The notes under the pieces were generated by a model, which did not search any database, was not told the DNA's origin, and saw nothing but the letters and a program-made list of their open reading frames with translations. A program made the translations under genes and the position numbers. From contig CP061211.1 in the NCBI GenBank assembly GCA_026016245.1, positions 270,679 through 294,678 of the forward strand: a DNA stretch of 24,000 nucleotides, read 5' to 3'. Shown here one piece after another: positions 1 to 7,491 of this stretch. The stretch comes from Candidatus Pacearchaeota archaeon. GTDB taxonomy: Archaea; Nanobdellota; Nanobdellia; Pacearchaeales; UBA284. Position 1 is the stretch's first letter, and every line of letters starts with the position of its first letter.

Positions 1-305
1 ATCTCTATAATTATATTATCTAACTCTCCTTTCTCAAGAGGCATGAATCTTGTATCAGAAAATGCAGCAGATTTTGCAGCTTCAACAACAGCCAAAGCAA
101 GAGATTTTATAGGATAAGGAAAGCCTATACAGCCTCGAAGTTCTCTAGATGGAAATTTATTCAGTGTGACAAAAACTCCTTGATTTTTAGAAAATTCTTT
201 TTTCTCTTCTTCAAAATCTAATTCCTGTCCAGAAAACTGAGATTCTATTGCTTTTCTCGCTAGACTTATTAATTTAAAACCTTGATCTAGAGATAACATT
301 TTCAT
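1..305 (-). CDS. AMMECR1 domain protein, N-terminal part (gene runs off the left edge)
   Basis: My reverse-strand translation from ATG at 305: MKMLSLDQGFKLISLARKAIESQFSG...GVFVTLNKFPSRELRGCIGFPYPIKSLALAVVEAAKSAAFSDTRFMPLEKGELDNIIIE. The ELRGCIG motif is characteristic of AMMECR1. Absent from the ORF track because it is truncated. Confidence 0.85.
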   Translation of the reverse strand, partial: MKMLSLDQGFKLISLARKAIESQFSGQELDFEEEKKEFSKNQGVFVTLNKFPSRELRGCIGFPYPIKSLALAVVEAAKSAAFSDTRFMPLEKGELDNIIIE

Positions 306-377
306 GCCCCCACCGGGATTCGAACCCGGGTCCTAGCCTCGAAAGGGCTAAATGCTTGGCCTCTACACCATGGGGGC
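305..377 (-). tRNA. tRNA-Glu(UUC)
   Basis: RC sequence GCCCCCATGGTGTAGAGGCCAAGCATTTAGCCCTTTCGAGGCTAGGACCCGGGTTCGAATCCCGGTGGGGGCA. Acceptor GCCCCCA/TGGGGGC, T-arm CCGGG-TTCGAAT-CCCGG, loop CTTTCGA gives anticodon TTC. No encoded CCA. Confidence 0.95.
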
Positions 378-403
378 TTGAAAGAAAGAGAGGAGAGAAA
401 CTT

Positions 404-1540
404 TTAAACTTTTTTATCTAATAATTTAGGATAAACCTCTTTGAAATAAACATCCAAAAGCCTAGAATCAAACTGGGGTTCCATTTTTTTCATTATTTCG
501 ACAGATTCTTTTAGAGTATATTTTTCAGGTTCTCCCCTTGCTTTTCTGTAAGGCCTCTTTGATGTCAAGGCATCAGCAACATCTGCAATAAAAACTATCC
601 TAGCCTCAAGAGGGATATTCTCTCCTTTTAATCCAAGAGGGTAACCGCTTCCATCATAATGTTCGTGATGAAGCCTTATTACATTAAGTAAAATCCTGTC
701 TTGGGCAGGATTTGCTCCATATTCAAGCATTAGATGATAACCTTTCTCTGAATGAGCCTTAACAGGGTTTTCTTCTGGAGTAAAAGCTTCTTCACTATCT
801 AAAGTATCGTCCCTAATTTTTACTTTTCCTATGTCATGCCATTGCCCTGCCAAATTCAACTTTTTAATGAATATTTTGTTTAAACCTATTACTTCGGCAA
901 TCTCACATGATCTTTTTGTTACTCTTTTAGCATGTCCTTTAAGATATGGATGTTGACTTTCTAGATAAGTATAAGTATCTTTCCCAAATTCAAGATGTCT
1001 GTTTTTTATTAATTTCATTATCTCTATCCATGGGGCTATTTGATATGTTGCTATTTTCATTACCTCAATATCAATATTTGAAAAAGCGTCTTTTTTTTCA
1101 CTTATTACTTCTAAAACTCCTACTGGTTTTCCCCTTGTTTTAATTGGGATAACTAAAGAAGAATTGGCTTTTTCATAAGTAACTCCTCTATCTAAAAAAA
1201 TAGGTTTTACTTTGCTTTTATCCCATTTTTTATGCAGATCAGGGGCATATAAAGTTTCGCCTGTCTCAACAGCTCTTCCAATAAATCCCTTGCCTGTAGA
1301 ATATATTAGCTCTGCTGTTTCTTTGTCATAGTTTCTTGTAGCAATAGCACTTATTTCATCAGTATCTTCATCTAAAAGAAAAATTCCGCTTTGTTTGTAA
1401 GGAATAACTTTATCTAATTTTTTTAGAATCAAAGAACATCTGTCTGCAAAAGGCTCTTTTAAATTATTAAGTATTCTACTAATTTCCAAATCAACTTCTA
1501 TAAGTTTTTCTAATCTTTTCTTGGAGATCTTTCCATTCAT
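404..1540 (-). CDS. GAF domain plus HD-GYP phosphohydrolase-type protein
   Basis: N-terminal GAF-like region (LDKVIPYKQSGIFLLDEDTDEISAIATRNYD...GFIGRAVETGETLYAPDL...SLVIPIKTRGKPVGVLEVISEKKDAF). C-terminal HD-GYP motifs: WHDIGK, AHSEKGYHLM, RLHHEHYDGSGYPLGLKGENIPLEARIVFIADVADALTSKRPYRK. Confidence 0.9.
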   Translation of the reverse strand: MNGKISKKRLEKLIEVDLEISRILNNLKEPFADRCSLILKKLDKVIPYKQSGIFLLDEDTDEISAIATRNYDKETAELIYSTGKGFIGRAVETGETLYAPDLHKKWDKSKVKPIFLDRGVTYEKANSSLVIPIKTRGKPVGVLEVISEKKDAFSNIDIEVMKIATYQIAPWIEIMKLIKNRHLEFGKDTYTYLESQHPYLKGHAKRVTKRSCEIAEVIGLNKIFIKKLNLAGQWHDIGKVKIRDDTLDSEEAFTPEENPVKAHSEKGYHLMLEYGANPAQDRILLNVIRLHHEHYDGSGYPLGLKGENIPLEARIVFIADVADALTSKRPYRKARGEPEKYTLKESVEIMKKMEPQFDSRLLDVYFKEVYPKLLDKKV

Positions 1541-1628
1541 TTTCCCCTCAGCTAACAGTTAAAGAAAATTGAATATATAAATTTTGTTATTTAGAAGTAA
1601 GAAAAAAATTAGGAGAAAAAACAAAAGG

Positions 1629-1742
1629 TGGGCCCGATGGGATTTGAACCCATGACCACTGGCTCTCTTAGAGCTATTCAATCCAAGAATGGATTGCGGC
1701 CATATAAGACCAGTGCTCTAAACCAGGCTGAGCTACGGGCCC
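1629..1742 (-). tRNA. tRNA-Ile(UAU) with 38-nt intron (intron 1665..1702)
   Basis: Exon 1 GGGCCCGTAGCTCAGCCTGGTTTAGAGCACTGGTCTTATA, intron TGGCCGCAATCCATTCTTGGATTGAATAGCTCTAAGAG, exon 2 AGCCAGTGGTCATGGGTTCAAATCCCATCGGGCCCA. Acceptor GGGCCCG/CGGGCCC is perfect. BHB: CUUA (32-35) pairs with intron UAAG, with bulges UA^U and AG^A. Confidence 0.92.
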
Positions 1743-1769
1743 GACATTAAGAAGAATGATTTCTTGTTT

Positions 1770-2933
1770 TTAAATTTTCTTTTTCTGGAATGAGAAAGGA
1801 ATAAGAAGAAAGGACCCAATAACACCAAAAATAATAGCAAGATAAAGGTTAGGGACAAAAAACAAGAAAAGCATGAACAAGGCTAGGCTGGTATGAATGG
1901 TTATTTCGCGAACTACTATTACTTCAGCAATATGTTTTCTTTTTGCCATGTCATAATTTATAGCATCAAAAGCTGATCCTCCTGCTGATGCTGGTCCAAC
2001 TGCTCCAAAGAAAATATTTATACCAAGAACCCCAACAAATGTTGTAATAAATAGCCTGACAAACCAGCCTAGAGAAGAAAGCATAGCTCCTATTCTTAAC
2101 ACAGCACCTTTATCATATTTATCTGCTAATCTTCCAACAAAAAAAGTAGATGCTATTGCAACAACCAAACCTGCAGAAGTTAGAGTACCAACACCAACAT
2201 AGCCTTTTAGTATTAAAAACATAATTATAATCCATGCTATAAACGCACACCTAAATGAGGCCTCACTAATAAAACCTGTTAAGCTAATTCCTGCTTTCTT
2301 CATTACTTTTCCAACTTTCTTGATGGAAAATTCCCTACGAACATAAATTTCTTTTGACATAAATAATGGTATCGTGGAAATAAAAAGCAGGATAGAAACA
2401 AATATAAAAAGAGGATTAAAACCTAAGCTGACAAGGATAAAACCTCCAATAACAGGGCCTATCGCAGCAAGAATTAAGGAAATAATAGCATAACCACTTA
2501 TCTGTTCTGCTCTAAGTTTTCTTGAACTAAACTCATAAAAATCTATATGGAAATTCATCCAAAATAAAGAGCCATGAATTCCAGAAAGTATTGGAGCTAA
2601 AAAGAATATCCAATCTAATGAATTTGATGTTAAAAATTGTAATAAAATGAAATAACCTATCAAGAAAGGCATTGAAATAAGCATTCCATGTTTAATTCCT
2701 GTCTTAGTAGATAACTTGGCTGAGAAAAATACTGTTAAAGCAAAAGAAATAGAAACAAGAGCATAAAAAAGAAAAATATACCTTAATTCAAAATTTATTT
2801 GGAAGAGATAAATAGGAATAAAAATAGCTATTAAAGCCAAAGCAAAAGTTTTTCCAGCAATTGTAATATAAATCTCACTAAGTTCCTTGTTTAGAAGATA
2901 ATGAAATATACTATGATGATGAGTGTGTGGCAT
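1770..2933 (-). CDS. MFS-type membrane transporter
   Basis: 387 aa with about 12 hydrophobic segments. Contains FFVGRLADKYDKGAVLRIGAMLSSLGW (MFS loop-like) and LSAKLSTKTGIKHGMLIS. Histidine-rich N-terminus MPHTHHHSIFH. Confidence 0.8.
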   Translation of the reverse strand: MPHTHHHSIFHYLLNKELSEIYITIAGKTFALALIAIFIPIYLFQINFELRYIFLFYALVSISFALTVFFSAKLSTKTGIKHGMLISMPFLIGYFILLQFLTSNSLDWIFFLAPILSGIHGSLFWMNFHIDFYEFSSRKLRAEQISGYAIISLILAAIGPVIGGFILVSLGFNPLFIFVSILLFISTIPLFMSKEIYVRREFSIKKVGKVMKKAGISLTGFISEASFRCAFIAWIIIMFLILKGYVGVGTLTSAGLVVAIASTFFVGRLADKYDKGAVLRIGAMLSSLGWFVRLFITTFVGVLGINIFFGAVGPASAGGSAFDAINYDMAKRKHIAEVIVVREITIHTSLALFMLFLFFVPNLYLAIIFGVIGSFLLIPFSFQKKKI

Positions 2934-2999
2934 CTTAATTTCCTCTTTTTAAAAATAATAACAAGAAGATTTAATAATGTTTCTTTCTTTTTGCTTTTC

Positions 3000-4187
3000 A
3001 TGTTAATAGGAATAGTTGGAAAACCTAATGTCGGTAAAAGTACTTTTTTCAAAGCATCTACTCTGGCAGAAGTAGCAATAGCAAGTTATCCTTTTACAAC
3101 TATTAAAGCTAATGAAGGAGTTGGTTTTATAAAAGTAAAATGTCCAGAAATAGAAAAAAAATTGAAATGTAAGCCAAATCATGGTTTCTGTATCAGTGGA
3201 TGGCGTTTTATACCAATAAAGCTCCTTGATGTCGCAGGACTTGTTCCAGGAGCACATGCTGGAAAAGGTTTGGGCAATAAATTCCTTGATGATTTAAGGC
3301 AGGCTGATGCCCTTATACATGTTATTGATGTAAGTGGAACAACAAATGAGGAAGGAAAACTAACAAAAGATTATGATCCAAGTAAAGATATAAAATTTCT
3401 TCAAGAAGAGATAGATAAATGGTTTTATGGAATTATTGGAGAGGACTGGAAACTTCTTGTTAGAAAAATACAAGTAACAGATGTAAAACCTTTAGAAGAG
3501 CTTGCAAGAAAATTTTCAGGCCTGAAAATCACAGAAGAGATGATTAAAGAGGCAATAAAGAACTGTGCTCTCAAAGAAGAATTTGTTTCTTGGAATGATG
3601 AGCAGCTTTTTAGTTTTGTTCAAGAGCTTAGAAAGTTAAGCAAGCCAATGATAATAGCAGCTAACAAGTGTGATATGCCACAAGCAAAGGAAAATTTAAA
3701 AAAACTTCAAGAGGAATTTCCTGAAATGATTATAGTGTCATGTTCTGCAGAAAGTGAACTTGCATTGAGAGAGGCTGCCCGTGATAGTAAAATAGATTAT
3801 GTTCCAGGAAGTAATGAATTTGCAATGCATGATGATAAGTTGAGTGAGAAACAAAAAAAAGGATTAGAGTTTGTTAAAGATAAAATTTTGGAAATTTATA
3901 ATTCAACTGGAGTACAGAGATGTCTTAATAAAGCTATATTTTCTCTCCTAAAATATATTGTGGTTTATCCAGTAGAAAATGAAAATCATTTCACTGATGG
4001 AAAAAATAATGTCTTGCCAGATGCATTTCTTCTGCCTCCAAATTCTAGTGCTTTGGATCTTGCTTATGTAATCCATACCGATATAGGCAATGCTTTTATA
4101 GCAGCAATAGATGCCAGAACTCATAAAAGATTAGCAAGGGATTATGAGTTAAAAGAGGGAGATATTATAAGAATTATGACAAAGTAA
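3000..4187 (+). CDS. YchF/Obg-related GTP-binding protein, archaeal type, with C-terminal TGS-like domain
   Basis: Start MLIGIVGKPNVGKSTFFKASTLAEVAIASYPFTTIKANEGV (G1), LLDVAGLVPGAHAGKGLG (G3), AANKCD (G4), SCSAE (G5). Ends ARTHKRLARDYELKEGDIIRIMTK (TGS). The ORF-track start at 2901 is in frame but too early; ATG at 3000 gives a canonical N-terminus. Confidence 0.93.
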   Translation: MLIGIVGKPNVGKSTFFKASTLAEVAIASYPFTTIKANEGVGFIKVKCPEIEKKLKCKPNHGFCISGWRFIPIKLLDVAGLVPGAHAGKGLGNKFLDDLRQADALIHVIDVSGTTNEEGKLTKDYDPSKDIKFLQEEIDKWFYGIIGEDWKLLVRKIQVTDVKPLEELARKFSGLKITEEMIKEAIKNCALKEEFVSWNDEQLFSFVQELRKLSKPMIIAANKCDMPQAKENLKKLQEEFPEMIIVSCSAESELALREAARDSKIDYVPGSNEFAMHDDKLSEKQKKGLEFVKDKILEIYNSTGVQRCLNKAIFSLLKYIVVYPVENENHFTDGKNNVLPDAFLLPPNSSALDLAYVIHTDIGNAFIAAIDARTHKRLARDYELKEGDIIRIMTK

Positions 4188-4344
4188 GAACACCTCTTTT
4201 TGTCCCCCCTTTTTCCCAGGACAAAAATTGCCTTTTTCTCGGCTAGCATACTTATTTATGTTCTGCTTGTATATAAATATAGTTAAGGGAAAATATAATA
4301 GACAGAATATAAGCAAAAGAAAAATAAGTTTTCTAAATTATATT

Positions 4345-4827
4345 TTAGAAAAAATCTTTTAGATTTTTTTGTCTAAGAATCTTCTGTAGAAAGTTATGAG
4401 CTCTAGTTAAGAGTTGCCTGACACCCTTAACTCTAATCAATTTTAGAGCTTCATCATAAGTGCACCATTTAAAATTTTCGTGCTCATGGCTTATTTTTAC
4501 ATTCCAGGTTTTTGTCTTAGCCAATAGGAAAACTGCTTCCTTCCTTCTTAACTGGCCTTTTAAACGATAAAACCACTGTTGAGTCTCTCGAAAATGCGGG
4601 ATAAAAACCAAATCAGTTATACCCACTTCTTCAAGAGTTTCACGAAAAGCAGTTTGTTCTTCTGTTTCTCCTGGCTCTACAAGACCTTTCACAAAACCCC
4701 AGTAAGTGGGATATTTCACAAGAAGATAGTTTGGTTGGTCTTTAGAAATATGAAATATTATGGCTCCACAACTAAGCTCGTATTTTACTTTTTGTTTTTT
4801 CATTTTTCTTTTCTTCTGTTCTGGCAT
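4345..4827 (-). CDS. Nudix hydrolase, diadenosine-tetraphosphatase-like
   Basis: YELSCGAIIFH...WGFVKGLVEPGETEEQTAFRETLEEVGI matches the Nudix box Gx5Ex7REUxEExGU. Confidence 0.88.
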   Translation of the reverse strand: MPEQKKRKMKKQKVKYELSCGAIIFHISKDQPNYLLVKYPTYWGFVKGLVEPGETEEQTAFRETLEEVGITDLVFIPHFRETQQWFYRLKGQLRRKEAVFLLAKTKTWNVKISHEHENFKWCTYDEALKLIRVKGVRQLLTRAHNFLQKILRQKNLKDFF

Positions 4828-4879
4828 TAAAAAACAGAAGAGAGAAGAGTTTTTAAAGTTTTAAGAGTTTAAAAAGAAT

Positions 4880-5323
4880 ATGATAAAATACAAACTCGCT
4901 ACAGTAAAAGAGGCTTCTGGAATTGCAAAGTTACTTCAAAAAAAGTATGGAAGATATTACAGACCAACAAAGTTTACACCGCAATTTGTTAAGGAAAGAC
5001 TGAAAAGAAAAGAGGTATTCTATGTGGTCACTATCGAGGACAAGAAAATTGTAGGAACTATAAGAGCAACTAAAGTAGATATTGATTTAGTAGAATTTAG
5101 ACATGAAGTTTTTTCTGACTTAAAGATAGGAAAGGGACTAATAAAAAAGATGCTTTCAATCTTGAAGAAGAAACGTATGCGAAAAGTTGTTGCTAGAACC
5201 ATCTCAACAGACAGACTTAACAATAGAGTTTACAGAGGTTTGAGATTCAGGAAAGAAGGTTACTTTAAGGATCATTATAGAAAAGGAACGCACATAATCC
5301 AGTATGCAAGATTTTTAAGATAA
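4880..5323 (+). CDS. GNAT-family N-acetyltransferase
   Basis: MIKYKLATVKEASGIAKLLQKKYG...VEFRHEVFSDLKIGKGLIKKMLSILKKKRMRKVVARTISTDRLNNRVYRGLRFRKEG: GNAT-like acetyl-CoA loop and C-terminal layout. Confidence 0.72.
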   Translation: MIKYKLATVKEASGIAKLLQKKYGRYYRPTKFTPQFVKERLKRKEVFYVVTIEDKKIVGTIRATKVDIDLVEFRHEVFSDLKIGKGLIKKMLSILKKKRMRKVVARTISTDRLNNRVYRGLRFRKEGYFKDHYRKGTHIIQYARFLR

Positions 5324-6268
5324 AAGCAGGCAATCCCCTGGTTTTTTATCAAATTTTAGTCTTATAAAGCTTGGTTCTTTTAGTTGTTTATCTTTTGTCA
5401 TTTCTTGATATTTAACTTCTACAATAAGCTCTGGTTTAATCCATGTCACTTCTTCTTTTATCTTATTTCTTTCCTCCTCACTTAGAGCTGGCTTGTCTGT
5501 TTTTAATTTCTTCAGTTTTTTCTTTATTTTTTTATTAAAACCTTGCTTAAGTGTCCCAACATAGATAATTTCTCCTTTTTCTGGAACATATGATGCCAGA
5601 ATTAATGAATCAAAATGTTTTTCTTCCTCATTTTTTGTAGATCCAACAATGAGGGTATTGGTAGTATTGATATTTTGTATATTTAACCATGACCAGCTTC
5701 TTTTGCCTTGTTCATATATACTAGAAAGTTCTTTTGCTATCATACCACTTAATTCTCTCTCTTGAATTTGTTTCCATAATTCTTTGCCATTTGTTGTGTG
5801 GGAAGCTAGAGATATGAAAGGACTATTTGTTATTATTTCTCCAAGAATTCTCTTTCTTTCCCCAAGAGATTTATTTACAAGAGTCTGATCATCCTTTTCT
5901 AGAATATCAAAAACAAATAATGTTGCTGGAACAGTTCTACTTTTTGAATTAATCGCTAGGGGATGATTTAACTGTTCTCTGTATTGTAATGAGCTATGGT
6001 TTGGCTTACCCTCCTTGTTTAAAATAGTAAGGACAGCATCAAGAACACAATCCTTGCAATTTATATTTCTAGGAATCTCAAGAAGTTCTGGATATTTGAA
6101 TATTATATCTCTTCCCTTTCTATTAACAAGCTCAATATCATTACCTTCCTTATAAATTAGAACTCTTATGCCGTCAAATTTAGGCTCAAATATGAAGCCG
6201 ACAAGACTCTTACGATTAAGAAGATCTTTATCACCTAACTTTACGAGCATGACTTTATATTTTTCCAT
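5315..6268 (-). CDS. LigD-type ATP-dependent DNA ligase-like protein, with substituted catalytic motifs
   Basis: Motif I EPKFDGIRV (K30), LVNRKGRDI, LFVFDIL, SGMIAKELSSIYEQGKRSWSWLNIQN. OB-fold-like C-terminal part ...VTWIKPELIVEVKYQEMTKDKQLKEPSFIRLKFDKKPGD. Expected LDGE, EG and WLKxK are LDAV, SG and WLNIQ. Confidence 0.8.
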   Translation of the reverse strand: MEKYKVMLVKLGDKDLLNRKSLVGFIFEPKFDGIRVLIYKEGNDIELVNRKGRDIIFKYPELLEIPRNINCKDCVLDAVLTILNKEGKPNHSSLQYREQLNHPLAINSKSRTVPATLFVFDILEKDDQTLVNKSLGERKRILGEIITNSPFISLASHTTNGKELWKQIQERELSGMIAKELSSIYEQGKRSWSWLNIQNINTTNTLIVGSTKNEEEKHFDSLILASYVPEKGEIIYVGTLKQGFNKKIKKKLKKLKTDKPALSEEERNKIKEEVTWIKPELIVEVKYQEMTKDKQLKEPSFIRLKFDKKPGDCLLLS

Positions 6269-6270
6269 TT

Positions 6271-6678
6271 CTATTTTTTAGAATTTTTTATTGAATAAAG
6301 AATATTAGATATATTTTCACAGTTTATTATTTTTGGGTTAAGTTCTTTAAGTAAATATCCAGGAGCTTTAGAGGGATCTGCTTCTTCTCCACAAGTTAAA
6401 AATTCCCATTGACAATAACATTTGTCATCTGTTCCTTTAGGATTATTGTTAGGAAAAGTATGAACTGCAACATGACTATAACCAATAACAGCAATACCTG
6501 TATAGGCCATACCATAATCTGTCCTAAATCCTTTTATAAATGGACCAGCCTTAAGTTCTGAATCAATTTCTTTTATTACATTTATAAGTAAATCCACTAA
6601 TTTTTTTCTTTTACATCTTGGTTTAGAACACCAAAACTCAACAATAAGATGGTTTATTGATGGTCTCTTTTCATTCAT
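6271..6678 (-). CDS. S-adenosylmethionine decarboxylase (SpeD)-like protein, divergent
   Basis: INHLIVEFWC...GMAYTGIAVIGYSHVAVHTFPNNN...WEFLTCG aligns with the SpeD pattern HLIVDLYGC...[20 protein letters not shown]...FTCG. The processing Ser and the Cys are retained; Glu before Ser is Tyr. Confidence 0.72.
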   Translation of the reverse strand: MNEKRPSINHLIVEFWCSKPRCKRKKLVDLLINVIKEIDSELKAGPFIKGFRTDYGMAYTGIAVIGYSHVAVHTFPNNNPKGTDDKCYCQWEFLTCGEEADPSKAPGYLLKELNPKIINCENISNILYSIKNSKK

Positions 6679-6811
6679 TTTCTTCTCCTTTTTTCTTATA
6701 AAATAGGAAAATAAAATTTAAAAATCTTCTCGTGTTTGATTAAAAGTATATTATTAAAAACAACGGATAAATTGCCAAAAGATTTAAATATAAAAGGATT
6801 TTGAAAGAAAT

Positions 6812-7084
6812 ATGCCTCAAAATTGTCCATGGTGCGGGAAAATTCTTGAAATAAAGACACTTGATTTAGGCAATACTCTAAAACAGATCTGTGGAAGGTG
6901 TGGTTTTAAAATTAAAGAATTCGAAAAGCCACAGCCACCAAAAGAAGAGCCTAAACCAGAGGTTGTAGAGGTTAAACAAGCAGAAATCCCAGTGGCAAAG
7001 CAGACGCCAGCATGGCCTTTTATTCTTGGAGCTATAGTTCTAATAATCATAATTATAGCTCTTGTTAAGATCTTTCTAGTTTAA
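6812..7084 (+). CDS. Small zinc-ribbon protein with C-terminal transmembrane helix
   Basis: MPQNCPWCGKIL...LKQICGRCGFKI (two CxxC), Pro/Glu/Lys linker, TM helix WPFILGAIVLIIIIIALVKIFLV. Confidence 0.75.
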   Translation: MPQNCPWCGKILEIKTLDLGNTLKQICGRCGFKIKEFEKPQPPKEEPKPEVVEVKQAEIPVAKQTPAWPFILGAIVLIIIIIALVKIFLV

Positions 7085-7103
7085 ACAGAAAGAATTCTTC
7101 TCT

Positions 7104-7454
7104 TTATTCAGCTTCTTCTTCAGGTTTTTCTTCAACGGTCTCAGCTTCAGCAGATGGAGCTTCTCCTTCTCCAATAACTTCTATCTTTCCTAATTTCCCT
7201 GTTGTAACTTGTTTCTCTCCTTGGAACTCTTTACAGAAACCATTTGTCAACTTTATTTTGTCTCCTTCTTTTACTCTGTCTATATCTTCGTTCCACAAAG
7301 ACATATTTATTGTTCCAGTGTCATCTTTGACAGTTGCTGTTGCCACACGAATAGGTCTCCCAAAACGAACAAATGTCCTAATCTCCCCTATTTCAGCAAT
7401 TGTAGCCTCTTCTATGTCTGCTTTCTGACCGACTTTCAAATCCGCAATTTTCAT
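7104..7454 (-). CDS. Single OB-fold RPA/SSB-like ssDNA-binding protein
   Basis: MKIADLKVGQKADIEEATIAEIGEIRTF...RVATATVKDDTGTINMSLWNEDIDRVKEGDKIKLTNGFCKEFQGEKQVTTGKLGKIEVI, followed by an acidic tail. Confidence 0.8.
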   Translation of the reverse strand: MKIADLKVGQKADIEEATIAEIGEIRTFVRFGRPIRVATATVKDDTGTINMSLWNEDIDRVKEGDKIKLTNGFCKEFQGEKQVTTGKLGKIEVIGEGEAPSAEAETVEEKPEEEAE

Positions 7455-7491
7455 TTTAAATTCCTTTTTAATATTATGTAAAAATATGTTT

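Noticed and set aside
2901-2999. N-terminal extension of the YchF-like ORF (MKYTMMMSVWHLN...)
   Set aside because: It overlaps the start of the divergent MFS gene, and the canonical GTPase N-terminus begins at ATG 3000.
3003-3257. Antisense ORF within the YchF-like gene
   Set aside because: Fully inside a conserved gene on the other strand and low-complexity Phe-rich translation. The same applies to track ORFs at 946, 4579, 5020, 6817, 7209, 7919, 9031, 9295, 10508, 10689, 10994, 11077, 11259, 16405, 16839, 17860, 19283, 19757, 20227, 20458, 20998, 21581, 22403 and 23506.
4190-4344. Intergenic TTTTTGTCCCCCCTTTTTCCC and following AT-rich gap, considered as an ncRNA
   Set aside because: No convincing structure. 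T- and C-rich tracts between convergent genes fit simple termination.
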